Assembly (NCBI GenBank): GCA_002256025.1
Contig: NKIB01012676.1
Coordinates: 1 to 64,000, forward strand
Length of the DNA: 64,000 nt
Source of the DNA: Asterionella formosa
Lineage: Eukaryota
Direction of reading: 5' to 3'
Shown: positions 12,315 to 23,448 of the stretch, one piece after another
How the letters are laid out: the number at the start of each line of letters is the position of its first letter
Position numbering within the stretch: position 1 is the stretch's first letter
Translations under genes and position numbers: made by a program
The notes under the pieces: generated by a model
Told to the model about the DNA's origin: nothing
Seen by the model: only the letters and a program-made list of their open reading frames with translations
Database searches by the model: none

Positions 12315-14046
12315 CTTTCTTGGCTGTAATGTGAGCTTATGGACAGTTGCGCTCCTTGTTTCTTCATAAAATGAATTGAAAATGAGAATCAGAAACAATT
12401 GTGTGTTATCATACTGCGTTCGTTTGGCGGTCGTGGTTAAACAATACTGCGGTTCTCCTTTGATAGTTATGCCGGCACAGTTGCTTTTTGTTTCTTCGTA
12501 TAAATATATATACATATATATTCATACATTGTGGTAATTTATGTTCGGATAGGGGATATGTTTGACAAACGAGATCATGAGGAGGCTTCATGAAGCATTC
12601 AAGTTTCCGGTAGTAGAAAAGCAACTCGAACTAGTTTTACGGAAAAGCTCATGGTGATCCAAAGCTTCAACCTGCTAAGCAAGGCTTTCATCATACTTGT
12701 TGATTAACATTTCTACGTGCGTACATTCAATATCTGTTCTACGACAATTTCCCGTTTCGAACAATGGCTGACTACTATTGTCGCATTGCTTTTCTACCTT
12801 TCGACGGAAACATCGCTCGGAGCATGTGTGTTTTCCATAAGTATATACGGTTGGAATAGGTGGGGAAATGCCTTCTCATTTGAAAACTACGATGGCATCT
12901 ATTTTTGTCGGAATTATCTATTGCCCGAGACCTCTCCTGCTCTTGGAATGACCAGCAAATATACCGGGACTTTGGAACGTGGTAACAGCATACCAGGTAC
13001 CAACCAAATTGCACAGGTACCACTTGTAAACATATACAACGACGACAGGAACCATCACAGTATAACCAATTATTCCGGAGACTACCGGTACTTTCGAACA
13101 CAACGACGACAGCAAGCAGCATCGAAGCAAAATATAGTAGAACGAATTTTTTTATGTAAACGATGTTAATCCCATTTTGATGACAAATTGAGTGCTGCAT
13201 AAATATATATACTGTATGAATTTTTGGGACCGTTCCGTTGGGAGGAAGTGCGTCATCGTTAATTTAGCTACGGTCGGTTGGCTGATGTACCAACACAGAT
13301 ATCTAGAGAAAATCGAACGGAACAATGATTTAGCGCGTTAAAAATGATGACTGAAACCTCCAAAACGACCGGTAAGCATACGCCTTATGAATCGAATCCT
13401 CACGCGGTGTAATCTATTCGATTTCCTTGTTGCTGCTAATAAAGGTAGAAGCACATCAACCATTGAGTGTCGTCTCACTATTGCTCATGCCGATTTCTTT
13501 CATTGTTTGTTGATAATAATACCGGTCTTGCGCGCACACCATGTACAGTCGTACCAAGAACTTTCTGTGTTGTTATTTCATCATTCATGGTCCTCGTTCT
13601 TTGCGCATCACTGCTGGGCTAGACTACACTGGTATGCCGTATTCAAAACATTTAGTGGTTTTCAGTTTCATGTATCACGTCTATTCATTTGAAAATTATG
13701 CAGGAGTACCGGTAGTTGGACGGCGTCAAACAAATTGAAAGGCGGGGGAGTTTTTCATGATTTATTGTACGGGTATTGTACCATGACACATATAAGCGTC
13801 GTATCTACCGGTATATAGTACTACCATTATAGTTTAGTGTATCCAATGAGCTTCTACATAAGACGAAACAACCAACGTTTGGAATGTGTTCAGCAAAACT
13901 GTTTCCGGTAGTGCTCCGAGGGGGCAAACCATTATGGTCTGAATAGTTGGTTGATGATGATTACCACTCCAACACTCCTTGTTCTATGTATCCAATGGAA
14001 TTTAGTTGCCTTTATCGCTCGTCACTATGCTAACAAGACACTTTGT

Positions 14047-15168
14047 TTAATAACTCAATTCACCCAATAAGAAACCAAAGCATTCCACATCCAAAATTTC
14101 AAAGTTTTCATCCGGGCACAGTGGATCATTACCAAAGGTGTCACACTTTCCAGTTGATCCACGTTGAAATTCACGTTCGACACACAAACCAAAGCTTCCA
14201 CCACCTCCTCCAAAGGCTAATAATTGTTTCTGATAATCCACATATTGAATGTATCGATTCAAACCAGTCCATTTGTAAACATCCAAAGTGGTAGTGGAGG
14301 TTTTAGAATTATCGTTGTGGTCATCATTGTCCACAATTCGCCACAAACAAGCCGTGGCAGAACCATAAAATTCTGGATTGCCTTGATGTTTGGCGGCCCA
14401 TGCCGAATCGGTGTAGCCACCAAAGATGTGATTTTTGGTTGTGCGGACAATCAATAATGTGTGTGGTTCATCGGCCACTTTTCTTAAAAATGCATCAAAG
14501 GCATCTCCATCACGAGCCAATGAATACAGTCGCTTCCATTTAGCAAGTGCGACAGATGGTGGCAAGACCCGCTGAGCAATTTGTGATTGTAATTTGTCAT
14601 TGAGTATATATTGACAAAACGCATGTTTGGTCTTTGGTTCTTCTTGAATAGTGACATTGTAGTCCATATCCCAGTAGTTTGAAGGTTGCGGCTCCTCTTG
14701 TTCAGGATTTACCGCAAGCTGCACAGACATACCATCTCCCGATTTGGAAATGAGCGAAGCACTCCCATCATCATTCAGCTGTGTCGAAAAGGACGATTCC
14801 GCTTCCACTAGCTTTTGGCGCTGGTCCGCCACTTGTTGTTCCAGCAGTTCTCTTCGACGTCGATCACGTCGCTGGCTCCACCAACGAGACAGATTATTCC
14901 CTATTGACGTCGCTGATGAGTTGTTGTACAATGGTGCCGAAGGATGGTCCATTAGCAATTCCTTGACGGACAGGGAATGATGCTGGATACCAGAAGCCGC
15001 GTTGTTGTTGCTGCTGTGCCGTATTGGCGAGTCCAAGATGCACTCCCCTACTAATGCAGAAGCTGACGCCAGCGACTGCATCTCTTCGTCTGATGGACTA
15101 TGCCTCATTCTCGTGATCGGCGAACTGGGCGGAGTGAAGAATTGTATCTGACTGCTGTCGCCTTCCAT
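14047..15168 (-). CDS. TLDc-domain (OXR1/oxidation-resistance-like) protein, 373 aa
   Basis: The C-terminal half has TLDc hallmarks: WKRLYSLARDG..F, TLLIVRTT..HIFGGY, FYGS, YKWTG.N.Y, FGGGGG.FGL, G.T..C.TF.N.PL, F.I.DVECFGF. Confidence 0.9.
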   Translation of the reverse strand: MEGDSSQIQFFTPPSSPITRMRHSPSDEEMQSLASASALVGECILDSPIRHSSNNNAASGIQHHSLSVKELLMDHPSAPLYNNSSATSIGNNLSRWWSQRRDRRRRELLEQQVADQRQKLVEAESSFSTQLNDDGSASLISKSGDGMSVQLAVNPEQEEPQPSNYWDMDYNVTIQEEPKTKHAFCQYILNDKLQSQIAQRVLPPSVALAKWKRLYSLARDGDAFDAFLRKVADEPHTLLIVRTTKNHIFGGYTDSAWAAKHQGNPEFYGSATACLWRIVDNDDHNDNSKTSTTTLDVYKWTGLNRYIQYVDYQKQLLAFGGGGGSFGLCVEREFQRGSTGKCDTFGNDPLCPDENFEILDVECFGFLLGELSY

Positions 15169-15540
15169 GCCTGTGTACGTTTTGATTCAACTAATAGCTA
15201 GGAGGAGCTCGTTCTTGTGAGTTATATGCGTGTTGCTTCCGTGTAACGAGGTGTTGGGTGTTGTTCCAGTACTGGATCGGCAGTGACGAGGTAGTTTTGA
15301 CCAGGCAGTGGCACCGTGTCATCGGTCATTGGCTTCGATTTGACAAGCAGCAACCAGAGTGACAAAAAGTTCGTTCCATTTCGGGTACCTGGTACCGTAA
15401 TATGAAGGGGTCGTCGGCCTATAACCACCAAGGTAATATTGTTAATAATAGAATACCGGTATATATGTAGTATTAATCATGCATGTAGCAATACAATTTC
15501 TTCAGCAACAGCAGTGTTGTCTAACAGGGTAGGTACCAGG

Positions 15541-15640
15541 TACCAGCTAGTTGCGGTCATTTTGCTTAAACTAACATTTTAATCTGGGATAAAGATAGCT
15601 AAATCTTTAGTTCCAGCAAAATTACCGCAACTTGAAGGTA
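15541..15640. mobile_element. ~96 bp TA-flanked MITE-like element, copy 1
   Basis: The inverted termini agttgcggtcattttgct / agcaaaattaccgcaact sit inside TA|CC...GG|TA. A reverse-complement copy is at 59815-59924. Confidence 0.75.
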
Positions 15641-16096
15641 CCTGGTACACTGACTTGAACGGATGGTACCTGGTACAGGTACATTGTACAAGGTACCTAC
15701 CCTGTTACCGCCAGGTCCTGGTACCTGGTACTACTCCACTACCGGTACTCGGAGCAGTACAACCTGGTGGCGGATACTCCGTACATACGAGGTTTCCAAG
15801 AACCCAGTGCGAAGTACGACGAGAAATTTTAAGAAACATATCGGTATACACTTATTTACCTGAATAGCGGTAGCGGTACCGGTAATAGTTTTTGAAATAC
15901 CTCGTGGGGACAACAAAGTAAAAACAATGCGCATCAAATTTTTGATTCTTACGGGTCCCAAGAGCTGTGATAAAATTCTCCTATACATATATAGCTATGA
16001 ATTATACATAGTACCTGGTACCAGGTACCGAAAGAGTGTTACGATCTGTTGTATTTTTATCGACATATTTTTTCTGTTAGCGAGGCCACGGCCAAG

Positions 16097-19000
16097 ATGA
16101 TGAATCCCACTGTGAGCGCTGCAGCTAATACTCCCAGTACTCCACCTCCTCTGCCAACCCACTCTGAACATTACACTCCATCTCCGTTGGAAAGAGCCTA
16201 CGCGTCGTACATTGTCGAACATTTCTTCCATGCGCCATGTCCCTTTTATATTTCAGGTCGGATTGCTGTTCCGTTCTTATCCACCAGTGGTCTTGATCGT
16301 TTGCTATTGCGCAACATGTGGAATAGAGTTGATCCTTACCATCAAGGAAGCTTGTCTACCATGGAACAATTATGGACTCTGTTGAAGCTAATTGCATTGG
16401 CACAACGACATGTCATTCCGATGGACATTTATGATTCGACAATTTTCAGCTTTCCAACGGAATTACCCGCCTTTCAAAACTTGCCTATTCCGACATCCGC
16501 ATGGTTATTGAGTCGATATGAAAGTGGAATTGCGATTGGTATTGCCCCATTGTCTAATGGTCCTACTGAACGATTGTCCATTTCTGATGCCTTTGGAGAA
16601 TTAGTGCTCCAAACTACACCTGCCACACACACAAATGAGGGTGAGGAGGAGGAGCAGCAGCAGCAGCGTGAGAGGAATGACAGCGATGATTTTGGAGGAT
16701 TTGAACAAGCGCTTCCACTACCGGCACATACACTGGGTCCTGTTCAAGAGTCCCAACCTGAAGCTGATGACTTTGGAGGATTTGAAGAAGCTACAAATGT
16801 TGATATTGCGGTGACTGACACTAATCCACCAACTGATGAGATTGAAAGTAACGATTTTGGAGGATTCGAACATGCACCGGAGCAAGGAATTGATGCACTC
16901 TCCATGGCTCTTGATTCACTAGGTCCTGTTCAAGACCAACCATTGCCTGCTCTTGGTGAATTCATGTCCCAACCTGAAGCTGATGACTTTGGAGGATTTG
17001 AAGAAGCTACAAATGTTGATATTGCGGTGACTGACACTAATTCACCAAATGATGAGATTGAAAGTAACGATTTTGGAGGATTCGAACATGCACCGGAGCA
17101 AGGAATTGATGCACTCTCCATGGCTCTTGATTCACTAGGTGCTGCACAAGACCAACCATTGCCTACTCTTGGTGAATTCATGTCCCAACCTGAAGCTGAT
17201 GACTTTGGAGGATTTGAAGAAGCTATAAATGTTGATATTGCGGTGACTGACACTAATTCACCAAATGATGAGATTGAAAGTAACGATTTTGGAGGATTCG
17301 AACATGCACCGGAGCAAGGAATTGATGCACTCTCCATGGCTCTTGATTCACTAGGTGCTGCACAAGACCAACCATTGCCTACTCTTGGTGAATTCATGTC
17401 CCAACCTGAAGCTGATGACTTTGGAGGATTTGAAGAAGCTATAAATGTTGATATTGCGATGACTGACACTAATCCACCAAATGATGAGATTGGAAGTAAC
17501 GATTTTGGAGGATTCGAACATGCACCGGAGCAAGGAAATGATGCACTCTCCATGGCTCTTGATTCACTAGGTGCTGCACAAGACCAACCATTGCCTACTC
17601 TTGGTGAATTCATGTCCCAACCTGAAGCTGATGACTTTGGAGGATTTGAAGAAGCGATCGTGGCAGCTCCAGTCGTGAGCGACGATGACGATGTCGGGGA
17701 CTTTAACGAAACCGACCAGGAGGAAGCTAAAATCGACATCGGAGGGATGCTAGCGGATCGGCCAAGCCTGCTGATAGACCGTGATGCCTATGCATTCGAA
17801 ATGTTTGGAAGTTCTCACCGTCAACCTATTGCATCACTGGAGCACGTGGGAAATGAGGATTTCGGTGATTTTGAAGAAGTGAAGGAATCGAAGGAGGGAA
17901 TACCTGCTGATGATCAACCTTTCTCGTCCGAATTTGACAGCCTAGAGCCACTGGATAGTCATCCAATACCATCCATGTTGGAGCATGCCGAACATAACAG
18001 GCTTGGGGAATTTGAACAAATTGAGAAGCGAGACATCCAGTCTAATCCTGTTTCGAATGGGAATATCTCGCTTGCTAACAATTCTCTGATTCTTGCTTTA
18101 GATTTTACAACCAATCAATTTGATCATACTGATGTATATCAAGACAACGAAGTCGGCCCTTTGCCAACAGACACAGCAATGTCTCGGCAAGCTGCCACCG
18201 CTTCAGTGTATGCAGATCCATTCTGTGCTTTGGAGTCAGTCGCAGAGGTGGCAAATTGTGAACTTCCGCCCTTATCATCATTTTCGTTTGGGTCGGGTCC
18301 TTTGGCAGACACAGAGGCGGCGAATGACGACTTTGGTGACTTTGAAACCCCTATTAGTGGGACAACTCCTGCAAACGATATTAATTTGCTCAACCCTCCC
18401 ATTATAGGTGACAAAGTTAGTGGAGACGACGATTTTAGTTTTGGTGATTTCAAAACTCCAGCTGGTAGCGCGTCACCAGTTGAGTTTCAAGGCTCTTCGG
18501 ACTTCGCTGGATTTGAAGCAGCATTTACGGACCAAGTAATGCTTGTCGACGAAGGAGACTTTTTGGGAACTGCGTTACCACAACAAACAGTTGTCGCGGC
18601 GCCTTCTGTAGACACAGATGTATTCTTTGAATGGATAGCACCTCCTTTGGAGGCTGCCGATAACGTTCAAGTACCCCCTACGGACCATTCTAGTGATATG
18701 GATGATGATTTTGGCGACTTGAGAAATTACACTTCGCCTGGTCCATCGTATTCCAAGCCAGATGCCAATGACTTCTTTGCAACATTCGACAAAGAGGTTC
18801 CTTCTCAAGGACAAACTCAACCAGACGGCAGTGGCACTCTAACTCCTTTCGATGTTGACATCGTTCCAGAACGACCAACTCTCAAAGACAACTTTGCCAG
18901 CTTCATGACTGCTTTCGAATCGGAGGAAATGACCAATAACTATTTTGCTGATTTTGAACGTGCCGAACCCACTGAGGTTTTGCCTTCTGGTAATCTGGCA

Positions 19001-19834
19001 CCAGCTACTGGGGGTGCTAAATCAAGTGACAGAGAAATTAGCCAGACATCCAATCAATCTGCATCACTGAAGGAATTACGGGAAAAGGTGAGGTCATTGT
19101 CACGCAATCTCCCCAAGGCGCTTGGACAACGACTTGATGGTAGTGGCAAAACGGTTGATTTTTTCAAGGCATTTGAAACTGGCATAAAAGGTCAAACAAG
19201 AAATTTCTCTTGGGCTAAGTCCAACGATACGAGTAAGCTTGTCATGGCGAATCGATGCGTCGAAGTGATGGCACGGGCTTCCGAGGCCAACATATACATT
19301 TATTGGTTCCAAGCCATGGTAATAATTCGAGATGAACTTGTCATAGGCTTGTTTCTATTCGAAGAAGCCAAAGGCTTGCCGATCGCATGTGATCGTGAAA
19401 AAGTCTGTCCATCGCTTGGAATATTTTTGCGTGGTCTCGGCGAGTACGTGCGTATAGTGCGATCAATCATTGCTACTATTGGGGATTTGATGTGCTTGGA
19501 TCCTCTGGTTGAATTCTCGCCTACTGCGGTTGCGACCATATGGGCCGATCTTGCCATACTAAACCAAGCCGTGGAGGTTGAAACTCTTTGGGCGAAGATT
19601 CTGAAGGTCACTTGTGATCTAGGTTTGATTCCTGCTCCTGCAATTGAAACTGTTACTGAAATGCGTCTAACCAACAGTCCAGTCGAGGGTGGCCCACTTT
19701 GTAGACTCACTCTACAGCGACTTTCCTCAAGAAACAGTGGAACTACGAAAGCACAAGTGTACTGGGAAGGAAAAGATTATATGGCCTGCTCCGCTAATTT
19801 CTGGTTCAACGTGGTCAGTCCCGCTCTTCCTTAG
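16097..19834 (+). CDS. EH-domain protein with many DFGxF adaptor-binding motifs (gamma-synergin/aftiphilin-like endocytic or TGN accessory protein), ~1245 aa
   Basis: Long ORF with an N-terminal EH-like segment (ISGRIAVPFLSTSGLDRLLLRNMWNRVD...G.L...QLW..LKLIALAQ) and more than 12 DFGGF/DFGDF motifs. First ATG at 16097. Confidence 0.75.
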   Translation: MMNPTVSAAANTPSTPPPLPTHSEHYTPSPLERAYASYIVEHFFHAPCPFYISGRIAVPFLSTSGLDRLLLRNMWNRVDPYHQGSLSTMEQLWTLLKLIALAQRHVIPMDIYDSTIFSFPTELPAFQNLPIPTSAWLLSRYESGIAIGIAPLSNGPTERLSISDAFGELVLQTTPATHTNEGEEEEQQQQRERNDSDDFGGFEQALPLPAHTLGPVQESQPEADDFGGFEEATNVDIAVTDTNPPTDEIESNDFGGFEHAPEQGIDALSMALDSLGPVQDQPLPALGEFMSQPEADDFGGFEEATNVDIAVTDTNSPNDEIESNDFGGFEHAPEQGIDALSMALDSLGAAQDQPLPTLGEFMSQPEADDFGGFEEAINVDIAVTDTNSPNDEIESNDFGGFEHAPEQGIDALSMALDSLGAAQDQPLPTLGEFMSQPEADDFGGFEEAINVDIAMTDTNPPNDEIGSNDFGGFEHAPEQGNDALSMALDSLGAAQDQPLPTLGEFMSQPEADDFGGFEEAIVAAPVVSDDDDVGDFNETDQEEAKIDIGGMLADRPSLLIDRDAYAFEMFGSSHRQPIASLEHVGNEDFGDFEEVKESKEGIPADDQPFSSEFDSLEPLDSHPIPSMLEHAEHNRLGEFEQIEKRDIQSNPVSNGNISLANNSLILALDFTTNQFDHTDVYQDNEVGPLPTDTAMSRQAATASVYADPFCALESVAEVANCELPPLSSFSFGSGPLADTEAANDDFGDFETPISGTTPANDINLLNPPIIGDKVSGDDDFSFGDFKTPAGSASPVEFQGSSDFAGFEAAFTDQVMLVDEGDFLGTALPQQTVVAAPSVDTDVFFEWIAPPLEAADNVQVPPTDHSSDMDDDFGDLRNYTSPGPSYSKPDANDFFATFDKEVPSQGQTQPDGSGTLTPFDVDIVPERPTLKDNFASFMTAFESEEMTNNYFADFERAEPTEVLPSGNLAPATGGAKSSDREISQTSNQSASLKELREKVRSLSRNLPKALGQRLDGSGKTVDFFKAFETGIKGQTRNFSWAKSNDTSKLVMANRCVEVMARASEANIYIYWFQAMVIIRDELVIGLFLFEEAKGLPIACDREKVCPSLGIFLRGLGEYVRIVRSIIATIGDLMCLDPLVEFSPTAVATIWADLAILNQAVEVETLWAKILKVTCDLGLIPAPAIETVTEMRLTNSPVEGGPLCRLTLQRLSSRNSGTTKAQVYWEGKDYMACSANFWFNVVSPALP
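16751..17655 (+). repeat. Intragenic tandem repeat, 216 bp (72 aa) x ~4.2
   Basis: tcccaacctgaagctgatgactttggagg begins at 16751, 16967, 17183, 17399 and 17615. Confidence 0.95.
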
Positions 19835-20407
19835 GTTGATTGGGCGTAAGCACAATAGTAAATAGTTTTTCAATTTTTCATGACAATCTCCATACATTGC
19901 CTACTCTAAAGACGCAACGATGTTAGCCTCGAAATATCAAGGATGCAATGATTAGAGTTCGTTTACTACCTCCTAGGAAATGCGAAATAGAATCCAGGAT
20001 ACGACCGCGGCAAGCTCCGGTGCTGGATATAGTGTGTGTGACTGAATAGTACCAAGAAATTGGGTAGACAAAGGGTATATATCAAACGTTTACCACTGCG
20101 GCATGGGCGTTTTGCCTATATAAGGACTCAGCAGGTCCAAAAGTTGTGATGTGACTTCTCGAAACTCCGGACAACTTGATCGCATGGCCTCCACAACGAT
20201 GAATATATGGTAGACCTCCTTTTGAAAAACTGCAATTACATGTTCTGCATGTAAAGCAGCTTAGGGCAAGTCCTATTCATAAATTTTCTCCATCCTCTGT
20301 TCAAGCAAGAAAAACAACTTTTTTTCTTTTCATGGGAAATAGCTACAGTGTGATAGATTTGATTCTGCATGTTCCGTTTACAGTGTGTGCTATGCATATT
20401 AGTCTAT

Positions 20408-21097
20408 TCAAAATTCACAAAGAACCATTTCGTGAGAATCCAAAGTAGCACCAAAAGAGGTAGCTTCAGATTCACGTCGCTTAATCTCTGGTGATTCTTG
20501 ACTCAGAATAAAACGAGCGAGTTGCAACGGAACTTGTTTTCTTGTTCGTTCAGGTCTTGATAGGTTATATTCCTCCTCAGGGTACTCAGAGACAGCCTCC
20601 AAATCCATGGCAGCCCGGGACGTGACGGAACTTATTCGTCGCAAGCGCGCCACAGGAAGGAGCCGAAAACTCATCAATCTGCTCGGCATGGAAACAACCG
20701 ATTTGGACTCCGAGGTATTTCTACCACGGAAACGCCAAAAGGCGGACCGCGTCGTCCTTGCACTCCCTAAGGAAAATGTATCATCGTCCATTCTCGTGCC
20801 CTTTGGTGGTAAAGCTGCAGCAAGGAGCTTGGCTTTCTTCTGCATTTCTGGACTTCCGGCCTTGACTGTTGTAGCAGTGGAGAACACTGTCATGATTGAA
20901 TTCTCTCCTACAGATTCACCGTCGTCGTTAGAATGGTAACGTTGGACTAGAGTGGAACGTGTGTGTTCCATCTCTCGTATCAAGTCGTTTCTCTTCGTTG
21001 GATGTGTCTCATGGGTCATTGAAGAGGCTATAGATGCAGCATCCGAAGCTGCAGTATTCTGCTGACGCCTACGACGTTGGAAGACAAAAGCAAACAT
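20408..21097 (-). CDS. Hypothetical protein, Ser/Arg-rich, 229 aa
   Basis: ATG-initiated ORF with coding-like composition; no domain recognised. Confidence 0.6.
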   Translation of the reverse strand: MFAFVFQRRRRQQNTAASDAASIASSMTHETHPTKRNDLIREMEHTRSTLVQRYHSNDDGESVGENSIMTVFSTATTVKAGSPEMQKKAKLLAAALPPKGTRMDDDTFSLGSARTTRSAFWRFRGRNTSESKSVVSMPSRLMSFRLLPVARLRRISSVTSRAAMDLEAVSEYPEEEYNLSRPERTRKQVPLQLARFILSQESPEIKRRESEATSFGATLDSHEMVLCEF

Positions 21098-21904
21098 TTG
21101 ATTCTGCTTTGCAATGTGAATGTATTTCTGCTCCGTCTCTCACTGCGAATGCAGCGAATACAGACACGGATGTTATTGTTATTACGCTGGTGATATTGTT
21201 GCAGTTGTTGCGATAGGACAGCGGTCGAGACTTTGTTGAAAGGACTAAATTGCAGTTAGCTTTTTGCTTGATTTGTGAAATGTCAATTAAAATACCGGTA
21301 GCTTAGCAACGAGAGATGCAGCGCTACGAGATATGTATGAGTAGTACTGAGGCAGTAGGATGTAGCCTGGCCGAGTCCGACCATTTTGTATGAGTGACAT
21401 ATTTTATTATAGACTGCAGTAGAAAAAAATCACCAGATTTTGATGCAATTTTCCAATATTCATTTCGTTCAAGCTCGGAGTTGATAAAAGTCCAGTCGGG
21501 GAGACATATACATGATACTCAGTGGGAATGAAACCACCTTCAACGACTTCCAAGTGGAAGAAAAGTACTATATAACGCTGGAGTCGTGTTCTCTCTAGTC
21601 GTGCACGCTGGCATGGACTCTTGTGTCCGACTTTCCAAAGGGATTCCAACGTGTGTTTGGAATTAATCAACTTTTTAGCGAGCGGTTAAATTTATTGTTA
21701 AGGTGACCGAGGATTGGCCGCAAGACACCACATGATGACGATTTCGCCGGAGCATACCTAGTGAGTCCCAAGTACTCCGACTATGTATGTATGTAGTAGA
21801 GAGGCAAGAGTTATAATGGTTCACTACCTTGTATCTGGTACCTGGTACTGGTTGCTTAGCTATCATAGGAGTACGTTAGTACAGTATGGGTATGTAGCTA
21901 TGTA

Positions 21905-22448
21905 CTAAGAATTGACCTTCAGAAAAAAGCTAAGATCATTTATGTTCATGTTGTGTGAGTTCGCTGGTTGTGCTGTCAACTTGATATCCCATCCATCCAC
22001 AGTAGCTGCATTTAAAAAGGGAACATAGGTACTTCCGAAATGAGTGCTTGCATTGCCATGTTGTATGTATACTGTCTTGTTGCCACCTCCACATTTGACT
22101 GCTGGCCATTTCTCTCTTATCGCCGGTATCACACTGTTAATCAAAATATCTGCATAGCTCTTTTTCGTTACTGCAAGATTCGTTGTTATTATTGTCCCAG
22201 CTGGTCTGTGTATCAAATTACTAAGCGCCGGAGTCCGCTCAATGAAGGGCCATATACCTGTCTTTCCATCAAATGTACACACTCGATTTTCGTCATACCT
22301 TGGATGAGCAATCGCTGAATGGAACATTACCTTCTCTATATGATCCTTGTGTTTGTTACTGCAAAAGGGCCCCCCCCCTCTCCCTCAGTCAAGTAGAATC
22401 ACTGTTTATCCTCCTGGACAGAAACCATTTTTCATCAATATGAACCTG
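21905..22448 (-). mobile_element. Tc1/mariner (plant/stramenopile DD39D-type) transposase pseudogene
   Basis: QVHIDEKWF at ~22420-22448, then FDGKTGIWPF, VIPAIREKWP, IQHGNAS (normally QQDNA) and QPANSHNMNINDLSFF (normally QPPNSPD.N.LDL.FF). Frameshifted, with altered catalytic residues. Confidence 0.8.
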
Positions 22449-23448
22449 ATCGAAAAACCGTTGTAGAATCCAAACTTACCTGGGTCGAAAACCGAATAGT
22501 CTTCGTGAGACAATAATTCTCCTTTACCTGGTTGAATACTTCGAATCTGAACATTGGCTGTTTAACTGGGCAAAATGTAGAAACATAAAAATCATTTCGT
22601 GATGCGCATAACATTAAAATTACAATACATTTCAACCTATTTTGAACACCCCAGCATACTGGGTATCTATTTACGTAGCTTTATACTCAATACGCACCGG
22701 CAAGGAACTTACTGCTGAGATGCTACCCAGTCATGCCAGGATGGAACTATAAGTGATGCAATGATGGTATGATTCATCAATACATGTACTTTTTATTACC
22801 TGATATAATTTAGATAGTGCGAGTATCAAACATTATTGGATGTTTGTTTGTCTTGCTTTTTGCTTTCATCAAAATTTTAGGGTAAGAACATGATATCTTT
22901 TGTATAATAAGCAATCCCTTCTTCACATGTCATGGCTGCGGTCTTGTAGAGACGACGTGGGACAAATTATAGAGTAGCACGGTAATTTGTGCTACAATAC
23001 CCAGTAGTAGAAATTGCAGTGATTTCAATTAGATTTACAATCATGTAAAGATACATATATGATGAAGAATGTACATAATAGGAAAATGTTTTGATAATTA
23101 TATGTTGTGTTGTATATGATAAGTATGCTTGACGTGATCATGCTGAAGGCAATACACGCCCGAGGTGGTCTCTTGCCTGTGAGTATACATGTGTTCGAGG
23201 CTGGGTGGCGCGAGTAGGTTGACTGTACGAGTGGCGCCCAGCGTTAGCTATCGTGGTGTCATTCGCTTACCTACTGCCCACAAATTTAGCATAAATGTCA
23301 ATTTTAGCCTACTATTGCCCATCATATAAAATATATTTTGTATATTTCCTGTCTTCACCTCCAAAATTGCCAAAGGTCCGATATTGCCCATCATTAAAAT
23401 ATATTTTGTATATTTCCTATCTTCGCATTTTGGCAAGACCACAGACGC

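Noticed and set aside
12315..12515. In-frame N-terminal extensions of HA copies 2 and 3 (ORF track 535 aa and 575 aa)
   Set aside because: They begin at non-ATG codons and the reading frame is not conserved among paralogs (copy 1 is broken by indels), so they were treated as 5' UTR or promoter.
16930..17739. 269-aa antisense ORF, and a CRISPR-like appearance of the regular repeats
   Set aside because: It is the reverse strand of the 216-bp coding repeat. The units are contiguous with no unique spacers and there are no cas genes.
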